Source: an uncultured Fibrobacterota bacterium
GTDB lineage: Bacteria; Fibrobacterota; Chitinivibrionia; Chitinivibrionales; FEN-1185
Direction of reading: 5' to 3'
Assembly (NCBI GenBank): GCA_963753345.1
Contig: CAVWBU010000028.1
Span: 1-64,000 of the forward strand
DNA length: 64,000 nucleotides
The notes beneath the pieces were generated by a model that was not told the DNA's origin, did not search any database, and saw only the letters and a program-made list of their open reading frames with translations. Positions within the stretch are counted from its first letter, which is position 1. Each line of letters begins with the position of its first letter. The position numbers and the translations under genes were made by a program. Positions 50,139 to 58,863 of this stretch are shown here, piece by piece.

Positions 50139-51986
50139 TCAACGGCTCACGTTCGCCATGTATTGTTCGCGGTAGAAGAACAGTTTGGGATCGGTGAACT
50201 TGTAGAAATAATTGCCGAAATCGATGCCGTCGCCGTGCACGCTTTTCACGCCGTAGCCCACATGCACGTGCGGCCCGCTGGTCTCACCCGTGAGCCCCAC
50301 GGTCCCGACCACAGCGCCTTTTTTCACCATCTGGCCGGTCTGGTAGAACCGCTTGTCCATGTGCAAAAAGGTGAGGATCATGCCCTCCTTCGCAACGCCG
50401 AGCATGTGGCCCCCCGATGTGCTTTCGCGGTCCACCACCATGCCGTCGATCGGCGTGATGATGTTCGACCCGAGCCTCGCGGCAACGTCGATCCCGTAGT
50501 GCGGCGTGCCGCCGCCCATGCCGCGGTCGCACCAGTCCCCCGTGATGTAGGAGCAGGGGTCGTCGACCATCGCCATGAAGTAGTCGTACACGGGGAGCAG
50601 CTGTTTCTCGCGCGGGTTGACGATGGTTGACGGAGGATAAAAGACGACCGAGGTCCCCGACGGCAGCCCGTCGATGCCGGCGATGCGGGCCTCGCCCGGC
50701 AGCCTCGTCCTGTTGTAGATGTCGGCGGTTTCCTGCGCGTACCGACGGACGTCTTCGCCGCCGGGCACCAGCGCCCGGTAGCGGCAGATGACGAACTTTG
50801 CGTATTTGTAAAGAGATTCGCCGGGCAAGAACGTGTGCGCGATGAGCGGCCGCGACGGTTCGACAAGCTGCTGCGGGGCAACGGGACGCGGCGCCAGCGC
50901 GTTCGTGGCGGGAAGTCCGAGCCCCAGCGCTGCGCACACGAGGCAGGCGGCCGCAAGCCTTGGGACAAGGGACGGCATGCGCCTGATGCTCCGCACAAAC
51001 GGACGCGGCTGCGCGGCTGCGGGGCTGTTCAGAACATACTGCACCAGGCGGGAGAGCTCGTCAAACGCCTTGGTGGCCGCGCTGTACTGGTGAAAATCGT
51101 CGAGCGTCCTGCCTTCGTCCTGCGCGTCGCGGATCACGGCCGCCTCCGGAATCTCCAGATCGAACATCACCGATTGCGGAATGGTGGCAACCCCCGTGCG
51201 GGCCTTTAAACGCACCTGTTCGCACAGGCCGTCGAGATATCTGCGGTTCTCGTTCATGGTGCGCGTCTTGCCCTTTATCTTCGAATCCTGTCTGCCGAAC
51301 ACCTCGTTCTTGAGGATGCGCACGCGCACGCTCGGGTGCCTGCGGGCGAGTATCTTGACACTATGGAAATAGTTCTTGAGGCTCTTGGTTGAAAGCGCGT
51401 TGAGCGTCACCGGGATAAGGTTGAGGCTGCTGTGCAGGTACAGTGCTCGGGTAAGGGCGTTCCACACCGACGGCGTGTCGAGGACGATGTACTTGTAGTA
51501 GGCCCGGCAGAGGTCGAGATTGTACAGGAAATTCTGGAGATGAAAAAACAGGACCGGCTTGAACAGGTCGGCATTGGCCGGGACAAGGTCGAGACCGGGG
51601 CGGATGGAACACACCACGTCCGTGAGGGTTCCCCGGCCCACGATCTGGGAAAACACCAGCGATTCGGCGCGGCCGAACCATTCCGCCGCGCGGCCCGCCA
51701 GGGACGCCGGCGTTCCGCTCTCCGCCGGCCGCGGAACGCCGAACCGACGGCGGAAAAGCTCCCATGAGGAATTCCCGGACGCCGCAGGGTCCCTGCCCAA
51801 CGCGACCGTGGCGCTTCCCTGAACGTCAAGGTCGATGCAAAGCGTAGGGCCTTTTCGCGAAAGCGCCGCCGCGAGATTGGTGGCAACCGTCGACTTCCCC
51901 ACCCCGCCCTTGATATTGGCGACATGGACGACACCGCCGTTGTCGCAGTCGGCAAACACGAGCGTATCTGGGGCACGTCTGGCCAT
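50139..51986 (-). CDS. ParA/Soj-family ATPase fused to TM, LysM-like domain and M23 metallopeptidase
   Basis: ANIKGGVGKST, IDLDVQGSAT, IVLDTP; hydrophobic LAAACLVCAALGLGL; HTFLPGESLYKYA; HYGID..HMD..GPHVH. Confidence 0.85.
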   Translation of the reverse strand: MARRAPDTLVFADCDNGGVVHVANIKGGVGKSTVATNLAAALSRKGPTLCIDLDVQGSATVALGRDPAASGNSSWELFRRRFGVPRPAESGTPASLAGRAAEWFGRAESLVFSQIVGRGTLTDVVCSIRPGLDLVPANADLFKPVLFFHLQNFLYNLDLCRAYYKYIVLDTPSVWNALTRALYLHSSLNLIPVTLNALSTKSLKNYFHSVKILARRHPSVRVRILKNEVFGRQDSKIKGKTRTMNENRRYLDGLCEQVRLKARTGVATIPQSVMFDLEIPEAAVIRDAQDEGRTLDDFHQYSAATKAFDELSRLVQYVLNSPAAAQPRPFVRSIRRMPSLVPRLAAACLVCAALGLGLPATNALAPRPVAPQQLVEPSRPLIAHTFLPGESLYKYAKFVICRYRALVPGGEDVRRYAQETADIYNRTRLPGEARIAGIDGLPSGTSVVFYPPSTIVNPREKQLLPVYDYFMAMVDDPCSYITGDWCDRGMGGGTPHYGIDVAARLGSNIITPIDGMVVDRESTSGGHMLGVAKEGMILTFLHMDKRFYQTGQMVKKGAVVGTVGLTGETSGPHVHVGYGVKSVHGDGIDFGNYFYKFTDPKLFFYREQYMANVSR

Positions 51987-52013
51987 TCACCGCTCCCCGG
52001 GAAGTAGTACTGG

Positions 52014-52367
52014 TTACAGGCTGTGCGAAATCGCCTCGACAACGGTTTCGACTTCGGAAGGTTTCGGAAGGACATAGTCCTTTTCGTGTCTGCTCCTGTC
52101 CGGGAGCGTCACGAAATTCGGCGGCGCATTGTAAAAGACCACGGGAACATGCTCGATCTTCTTCCCGATCTGGAAATAGGAATACATGGACCTGCCGCGG
52201 TGCCACGTGTCAAAGTCAATCAGGATCACGCCGGGCAGCGACGCATTGACACAAGCGAGAAAATCGTTGCACGTGCCGCACTGCACGACTTTGTAACGAT
52301 GCTTTTCAAGGATTTCGGCAAGCTTGGTTTTTCTGCTTTTGAGGTCGTCAAGAACAACAATGTCCAT
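52014..52367 (-). CDS. Atypical single-domain receiver protein
   Basis: IVVLDD, ILIDFD, VPVVFY, LPKP; GGAGG RBS. Confidence 0.75.
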   Translation of the reverse strand: MDIVVLDDLKSRKTKLAEILEKHRYKVVQCGTCNDFLACVNASLPGVILIDFDTWHRGRSMYSYFQIGKKIEHVPVVFYNAPPNFVTLPDRSRHEKDYVLPKPSEVETVVEAISHSL

Positions 52368-52404
52368 TTCCTATCCTCCTGTTTTTCGCGATGAATACCC
52401 GGCG

Positions 52405-53094
52405 TTAGTTCGAACGGGAGACTGCCATTTCCTCCACCAGATTTTCCGCCTTTTGCCGGTAGCCGGCGGCCTGGCTCGTGGTGTCGGATTCTATCCGTTT
52501 GCAGTAGCGCGCGGCATCGTCGGCCCTGCCCAGTTCCCTGCTGATGAGCGCGGCTTTCCACGCGATGGCCGACTGCCGATACGTCAAGCGGGAATCATCG
52601 AGGGCTTTCGACAGACACTTGAGCGCTTGCTCTTTGTCTCCCTTCGCTTCATAGCATTCCGAAAGTCCCTCCTGAGCGTCCGCGGCGACAAACGCCGACT
52701 TCGCGGTGCCCGAAGCCGCCACGGTGAACCACGATATCGCCTCGTCGTATTTCTGCTGCCGCAGGAACACCGATCCGAGCACAAAAGCGCTGTACGCCGC
52801 CTGCGGGGAATTCTTGCTGTTGTCAACGACGGTCTTGAACGCCTCGACGGCCCCCCGTTCGTCCCCCGTCGAGTAGGCGACCATTGCCTTTCCGAAGGCG
52901 TCGACGGCCTTTTCTTCGCCGGACCGCATAAGATACCCGTAGACCAGGACGCCGGCCACCACGAGGCAGACCGCGATGCCGGCCGCGGTGAGCGCATTGC
53001 CCCTCGATTCGGCAAAGTCCTTCGCCTTTGCCAGCAGGTCAAGGAACGGGTCCTGCCTCATCTCCTGCTTTTTCTTGCTGAACTTTATTTCCAA
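52405..53094 (-). CDS. YfgM-like membrane-anchored TPR protein
   Basis: EMRQDPF, single TM, then TPR helices. Confidence 0.8.
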   Translation of the reverse strand: MEIKFSKKKQEMRQDPFLDLLAKAKDFAESRGNALTAAGIAVCLVVAGVLVYGYLMRSGEEKAVDAFGKAMVAYSTGDERGAVEAFKTVVDNSKNSPQAAYSAFVLGSVFLRQQKYDEAISWFTVAASGTAKSAFVAADAQEGLSECYEAKGDKEQALKCLSKALDDSRLTYRQSAIAWKAALISRELGRADDAARYCKRIESDTTSQAAGYRQKAENLVEEMAVSRSN

Positions 53095-53275
53095 AATGTC
53101 CTCCCGATATTATTCTTCAAGATTGTTCTTCAAAAAGCGGTTTTGTAAAGGGGTCCGGAGTCAGATTGTTGTAAAATACATTCGCGGGGTGTTGTTTTTC
53201 AATTGCTTTCAAGTGCTTAAGAAGAGTTTGAATTCGGCGTTCCCATCGCCTTCGTTAAAAAAATAGAGCAAATAC

Positions 53276-53460
53276 TTGGGCGCCCCGCCGCTTCGCGGCG
53301 GCGGCCCTCCTTCCAGGCTCGGCCGTTCGGCCTCGTTGCCGGACCGCCCTATGCCTATCGGCCGGGTCGGCCGGCAATCCCGCTACGGCGGGACCATTTC
53401 AGTCCGGCCTGGCGCGCGGCAACAGAATTCTATTCAGTCAATGACTTCTTCCCGCGCCAA
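53276..53460. repeat. Family C multi-stem structured element, copy 2
   Basis: Colinear with 32422-32607. Confidence 0.75.
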
Positions 53461-53525
53461 TCGGCATTCGCAATAAACCGGTTAGGCACCTTGTTCGCAT
53501 TTTCTACTTTTCTTTGTTTCAACTA

Positions 53526-53646
53526 TTCTCCGTGGGTGCCGCCGCAGCAATGCATGGTCTTGCAGCCACTTTGCCAAGGCGGCTACCCAGGAGGGGGTGA
53601 CGGAGGACCGTAGGGCCGCAGGCAGGGGGATACTTCCCCCCCCCCC
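53526..53646. repeat. Family B structured repeat, copy 4
   Basis: CTCCGTGGGTGCCGCC..GGCGGCTACCCAGGAGGGGG..GGGGGATACTTCCCCC. Confidence 0.8.
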
Positions 53647-53769
53647 ACACACACACAATCAATTCTTTTTGCAGAGTGCTTGATACTTGACTTGAAGCAC
53701 AAACAACAAGCGCCCCGCTGGAAGACAGCGGAGCGCCAAATTGCCAAAAGAGATTAACCAATGACCACT

Positions 53770-54960
53770 TTAGGGAGCAGGCCTATACGTGATATCGTCG
53801 AGCGCGTAGCTGGAACCGGCAGTGTATCCGGCTGCCGATGAAACAGGGGCCACGAACATCAGGTACTCCGTGATCGCGCTGAGATCGACCGTGGGAAAAC
53901 TTGAAAGCGGAAGAGTGATCTCGTTCCAGGTGCCGTCGGCAGTATAGCCCAGCGTCGAGAGGTCGACAGCCGTGCCGGCGCCGCCGGTGGACGCGATAAA
54001 CGCGCCGACACTCGGCGAGGTTCCGCGGATGTAGAAATGGATGCTTCCGCCGTAGAAACCGGACATGTCGACCGAGCCGACAGCGGCGCTTACCACAAAT
54101 CCCCATGTGGACCAGCCGACTGTTCCGCAGGTGACCAGCCAGCATTTTGTATTGCCTGTGTAGGGATTGACCGTGCTTGCCCCGTCGAGCGCCGTCGACG
54201 TAAGGTGCAGCGACGTGTCGGCATTGGCGGCAGTGTAGTCCCACACCTGCACGGTTGTGTTCGCCCAATCGATGCTCTTGGTGACCCGCTGCGAATATAT
54301 CGCGGTTTCGGCCGACTTGGGGATCGCCGTAAGCACGCAGATCTGGCCGGAAAGCGTATACGAGGCAATGAACTTCTTGAACGTCTTGTACCCGCCCTTC
54401 GTCGCGATGAGCGTGTCCGAAACATCCGCCGTCTTTGAAAGCGGCCGGCCGTTTATGTCCGGAACCAGCCTGAGTCCCGTCCCGGTAACGCGGACGCCGC
54501 TCAGCGACATTCTGCAAACGCTCGACCACGAGCCGATTCGAACCTTGACAAAATAGACTCCTGACGGGATTTCGGCGGCCGAGGGCGCGAACGAATAGAC
54601 ACCCCTTGCAAGCGTCCTGTCGAGCGCGCCGAGAACCAGGCGACCGTTTATGGAATACACGTCGATCCGGACTGCCGAAGGTGACGCAACGGAAAACCGG
54701 ATCGTGCTGCCGGCAACCGAGGCGGATACTGCCGCCGCATGCTCCTGCATACTCCTGACGGCCGTGGTCTGCGAAAGCGTGAATGAGCCGTCGCTCCCCG
54801 TGGTGGTCGAAATCCCCGCATACATCAGGCTCACTGTGGCGCCGGCAACCGGGTTGGCTGCGGCGTCGATTACGCTCCCCGTGATGCTGATGTCCTGCGC
54901 ACCCGCCTGCAAAGCAAGCGCCGCGACAAACGCGCACAGAACGGATCTTTTACGAATCAT
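53770..54960 (-). CDS. Secreted protein: carboxypeptidase-regulatory-like domain, internal CTD-like domain, CBM-like C-terminus
   Basis: GGAGG RBS; signal peptide; ITGSVID..VAGATVSL..DGSFTL; VYSINGR..SGVYFV; DGTWNEITLPLSSF..LDDI. Confidence 0.75.
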   Translation of the reverse strand: MIRKRSVLCAFVAALALQAGAQDISITGSVIDAAANPVAGATVSLMYAGISTTTGSDGSFTLSQTTAVRSMQEHAAAVSASVAGSTIRFSVASPSAVRIDVYSINGRLVLGALDRTLARGVYSFAPSAAEIPSGVYFVKVRIGSWSSVCRMSLSGVRVTGTGLRLVPDINGRPLSKTADVSDTLIATKGGYKTFKKFIASYTLSGQICVLTAIPKSAETAIYSQRVTKSIDWANTTVQVWDYTAANADTSLHLTSTALDGASTVNPYTGNTKCWLVTCGTVGWSTWGFVVSAAVGSVDMSGFYGGSIHFYIRGTSPSVGAFIASTGGAGTAVDLSTLGYTADGTWNEITLPLSSFPTVDLSAITEYLMFVAPVSSAAGYTAGSSYALDDITYRPAP

Positions 54961-55163
54961 ACAAACCTCCTGCATCGTGAAATGGTTTAAAAGGTACAGT
55001 CCCAGCGTTTTTTCAAGCGACAAATATAATAGAAAATGACGTTTTTCACAATGCAAAATTTACAATACGGGAAAATTTTACGGTCGGAATCGGAGTGAAG
55101 CGCTTTAATCAATGAGTTAGGGAGGCTGAACGGGAAAACGGCCGGGAAAATCTAAAAGGGTTC

Positions 55164-55190
55164 AAAAAAAAGGGGAGCTCGCGCTCCCCT
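55164..55190 (-). terminator. Rho-independent terminator after the CBM gene
   Basis: AGGGGAGC-TCGC-GCTCCCCT stem preceded by an A-run (T-tail on the minus strand). Confidence 0.7.
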
Positions 55191-55215
55191 CATAAGGATC
55201 AACCTATGGCCGGTC

Positions 55216-56013
55216 TTACTTCACAATTGAAATAGCGGAGCGGAATGTCCGCTCGCCGTTGTTGACCGACACCAAATAGGTACCGTTCGAAACGGTCCGC
55301 GTGTTGAAATTGATCTGGTGCGAACCGGCGGTCATGGACCTGAGCGCGGACGAATAATCGGCGACCTGCATCCCGCGCAGGTTGAAAAGCTTGAGCTCGG
55401 CCCTGTCGGGACGGGTGAGGTTGACAATAACGCCGTTCTTGACACAGCGGACATCGGCCGCCGTCCGGGCGCCCACCTGATTGGTCACCTTGGTATTGTC
55501 CACCATGATGGAAACGTTGCTGATGTAAATGGTCGCGCCCAGCGGAACGTTGCCGAAGCCGAGAGAGAAGTTGACCTGGCCGGAATCGTCGTCTGCCGCG
55601 GGCGAAAAGGGAAAGGAGTAGGTGGAATCGGTGGCGCCGATGGACACCATTGAGTCTGAGAACCAAACCGGCTCAGTCGTACCTGTGCCTACGGTCTTTA
55701 CCTGGGTCGAAATGACGGAGGCGGCCGAGGCGTGTGACGTGAATGAATAGATGTAATTGACACCGGCCTGAAGTGTGATGTCCTCAAAATGGTAGAAAAA
55801 GACGTTCCAGGCAGCCGCACCGATTGCAGTTACCGTTAGGTGGAAAACACCGTTGGTGACCCCATAGGTGCTGAACCCCGTGCCCCAGTTTCCAACGATC
55901 CATTCGGGGGCTAGTGCGGCCGAGAAATCACCGTTCGTCACCAGATTGGTCTGCGCCTGCGACGCAGAAAAGGGAATGATACAGACGCACAGAGCAATAA
56001 GAAGACCGCGCAT
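55216..56013 (-). CDS. CBM4/9-like carbohydrate-binding protein with T9SS-like CTD
   Basis: AGGAG RBS; signal peptide; NLVTNGDFS..AWNV..YISNVSI; LFNLRG..GTYLV. Confidence 0.85.
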   Translation of the reverse strand: MRGLLIALCVCIIPFSASQAQTNLVTNGDFSAALAPEWIVGNWGTGFSTYGVTNGVFHLTVTAIGAAAWNVFFYHFEDITLQAGVNYIYSFTSHASAASVISTQVKTVGTGTTEPVWFSDSMVSIGATDSTYSFPFSPAADDDSGQVNFSLGFGNVPLGATIYISNVSIMVDNTKVTNQVGARTAADVRCVKNGVIVNLTRPDRAELKLFNLRGMQVADYSSALRSMTAGSHQINFNTRTVSNGTYLVSVNNGERTFRSAISIVK

Positions 56014-56263
56014 AACAACTCCTTTTGAATAAAGGTTTAGAAAGGCTTGTTTCGTGGTTTGAGAATGCCCCGGTCCCAAGCCCCTTCCCGTTTCTACCGA
56101 GACATATTTCACAATATAAAACATGATCTTCTTTTTAGCAAAGGAAAAAGGACCGCATAAGAAGGCAAGAGGAACACTTTTTTGTGAAATTGCCGCCCAT
56201 AGGTCATATATTTTGGGTAAGGAATTTCGATTTCATCCTGAATGAACCGGAAGAGGCCAATGC

Positions 56264-57106
56264 ATGCAGAAATCACATCAAATCACCCTTGCCGTTCTTT
56301 GTATTATTCAAACAAGTCTCGCCCCAGCTGCGGTCTGCCAGACCTACCGGAACATCGCCCTCAACCCCAATGACGTGCGGGCGCCCGGACACGGTTTTCC
56401 CCATGCGTCGTCGAACAGCGAATACCCCTGCAACTACGACACTGCCCCGAATTGTGTTCCCGACACCACCTTTCTGGCCTTAAGCGCAATCAACGGCGAC
56501 ACCCTCAACACGAGCCACGGGTCCCTCACTTACGCGTCCTGGGGGCCGCAGCTCACCGCACCCAGCCCGCTGTGGTGGAAGGTTGATTTCGGCCACGACG
56601 TGACCGTGGACAAGGTGAAAATCTGGGTGCGCGCCGACTGGTCGGGCGGTCACGACAGCTACTGGAAGCGCGCGACCATTGTCTTTACAAACGGCGCGAG
56701 GGACACCATAACAATCGATTCGCTCAAGACAGGCCAGGAATTTCCGTTTGCAAGCCGCACCACGCAGTCGATAACCATAACAGACCTGGTTGCGAGCAAT
56801 CCCGCCAAATGGTGCGCATTCACCGAAATTCAGGTGTGGGGATACGACCCGGCGACATCGGTTGTCTTGCCTCCCGCAAGCGCTCGCCCAGCATCCGCGT
56901 CGCCGGTAGTTTGTCTCGTGGCGGGAATATCATCCTGCCGCCTCCGCGTTCCCGCAGGAACTTCGCGCGTGGAACTCTATTCGGTTCTCGGAAAGAAAGT
57001 TTGGGAGTTCCCCTGCCAACCCCGCGAGAGCCAAACGCTGATTGACCTGCCCCGGAACCTGCCGCAGGGGGTGTTTGAGGCGAGATATGTGAAGGACGGG
57101 GATTAA
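56264..57106 (+). CDS. Secreted discoidin/galactose-binding-like protein with CTD
   Basis: Signal peptide; RNIALNP..AINGD..SWGP..WKVDFG..FTEIQVWG; LYSVLGK..PQGVF. Confidence 0.8.
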   Translation: MQKSHQITLAVLCIIQTSLAPAAVCQTYRNIALNPNDVRAPGHGFPHASSNSEYPCNYDTAPNCVPDTTFLALSAINGDTLNTSHGSLTYASWGPQLTAPSPLWWKVDFGHDVTVDKVKIWVRADWSGGHDSYWKRATIVFTNGARDTITIDSLKTGQEFPFASRTTQSITITDLVASNPAKWCAFTEIQVWGYDPATSVVLPPASARPASASPVVCLVAGISSCRLRVPAGTSRVELYSVLGKKVWEFPCQPRESQTLIDLPRNLPQGVFEARYVKDGD

Positions 57107-57232
57107 GGGGCGGGGCGCCCATATTCTCTTTTAATCCTCGATTCATTTCTTCTTCCTGCCTCCCTCCTTGATACCCCCAGCCCTCTCCCCGGCCTCAATT
57201 ATTTTTGCCATGTTGAACACGGGAACACCCCT

Positions 57233-58771
57233 ATGGACGAATGGCTCGAACTGCAGGACCTTGTGGACCGGATCGAGGATCTCCTCGAGCTGGGATTCCA
57301 CGAAGACGCTTTGGCGCTTCTTGACGGATACGAATCACTGTACCCGGACGAATGGGAAATCCCGTTTCTCTATTCGCGGGTGTATCTCGAGCAAGACGAC
57401 CCTCGAACCGCAATCCCCTACCTTTACAAGGCGCTCAGGATCGAACGGAAGAACGTCGATGTGCTGCTCGGCCTCTTCTACGCCTATTCGGAGCTCGGCG
57501 CCCTTAAAAAATCCGGCAAGTACCTCTTCCGGGCCGACAAGTACAATCCCGGCACCGAGGCCGTGTTCAGCGCGATGATCTGGTACTACACCGAAACCAA
57601 CCATTTCGACACGGCGGTGCAGTACTTCGAAAAAGCGCTCCAGATCGGGACCGACAACCCGGACACCTTCCGCAACGGAGGCATCGCGTACGAACGCCTC
57701 GGGGATTTCGAAAACGCGGAACATTGTTTCAAGACCGCCCTACAGCTCAATCCGCGTTTCGACGAGGCGAGGGACCTTCTCGCCGATCATTACATCTTTC
57801 TCGGCGAGACCGAAAAAAGCGTGGAGCTCTACCAGGAATACCTCAAGGACTCGCCGAGAAACGTGAAGACCCTTTCGCGGCTGGTGTTCTGTCTTTCGCA
57901 GAACAACCAGATCGACGACGCGCGCGCGCTTGCGCAGGAGACGATCCGCCTCTACCCCAACTCGCCCGTGGGGTACGTGGACCTTGCCTATGTGCACCTC
58001 AACGGCGGAGACCCGAAGGACGCGCTCGCCACGGCCGAAAGGGCGCTCGACGTTTCGCCGCTCGATGCAGAAGCGATCCGCGTCAAGGCAATCGCCTATT
58101 CGGAAATGCACATGGACAAGGAGGCGCGCACGGCGTTCGAGGCGGCGCTCGCCGCAGAGCCCGACAACCCGGAAATCATCCGCGATTACTACCACTTCCT
58201 GCGCGACATCGGCAGCGTCGGCCGCATGGAAAAGTACGTGCAGCGCGTGATAAAGCTGGAGCATCCCTACTGCATAGAAGACTACTGGTTCCTCGCCGAC
58301 TTCTACCGCGAAAACGGGGAAAACCTGAAGGCCTTTGGTTACCTGCACCGCGCGTACGAAAGCATGCCCGGCGAAAAGGAGCTCATTCCCCCCATGGTCG
58401 ACATCATGCTTGACATGGGGCACATTTCGTTCACCACCCCTTTCCTCATGCGATACGTCGAGCGAAGCGGCTGGAACGACATGATGACACGGTTTGCGCG
58501 CCACCGGCGGCTGCGGCACAAGCGGGCCCAGGAAGGCGTCCGGTTTCTGCGGTTCTACGGCCAGCGGCCAGCGGAATTCCGCAATTATGTTTTTTTCGTG
58601 TATCTTGAAAAGTTCGCCGTCCTGTCGCTGCTGTTTCTGCTTCCGTTCCTCGCCGTGCTCCTTTTCTTTCTGTTGGGAGTTCCCGGTCTCGTGGGGCTGT
58701 GCATTCTTGCCGGCTCGCTCGCGTTCGGATGGAAAACCGCGAAAACGGTGCTCAACCGAAGGCTCGCGTAA
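57233..58771 (+). CDS. TPR-repeat protein with C-terminal membrane segments
   Basis: Many TPR units (FKTALQLNP, ALAAEPDN); two C-terminal TMs. Confidence 0.85.
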   Translation: MDEWLELQDLVDRIEDLLELGFHEDALALLDGYESLYPDEWEIPFLYSRVYLEQDDPRTAIPYLYKALRIERKNVDVLLGLFYAYSELGALKKSGKYLFRADKYNPGTEAVFSAMIWYYTETNHFDTAVQYFEKALQIGTDNPDTFRNGGIAYERLGDFENAEHCFKTALQLNPRFDEARDLLADHYIFLGETEKSVELYQEYLKDSPRNVKTLSRLVFCLSQNNQIDDARALAQETIRLYPNSPVGYVDLAYVHLNGGDPKDALATAERALDVSPLDAEAIRVKAIAYSEMHMDKEARTAFEAALAAEPDNPEIIRDYYHFLRDIGSVGRMEKYVQRVIKLEHPYCIEDYWFLADFYRENGENLKAFGYLHRAYESMPGEKELIPPMVDIMLDMGHISFTTPFLMRYVERSGWNDMMTRFARHRRLRHKRAQEGVRFLRFYGQRPAEFRNYVFFVYLEKFAVLSLLFLLPFLAVLLFFLLGVPGLVGLCILAGSLAFGWKTAKTVLNRRLA

Positions 58772-58863
58772 TTTCATTATTGTCATGACCGTTGTCCTGC
58801 TCCGGCCAAACACGCGGGGATTGCGCTGATGGCGGCGTTCATTGTATACTGATTTTCACACCC

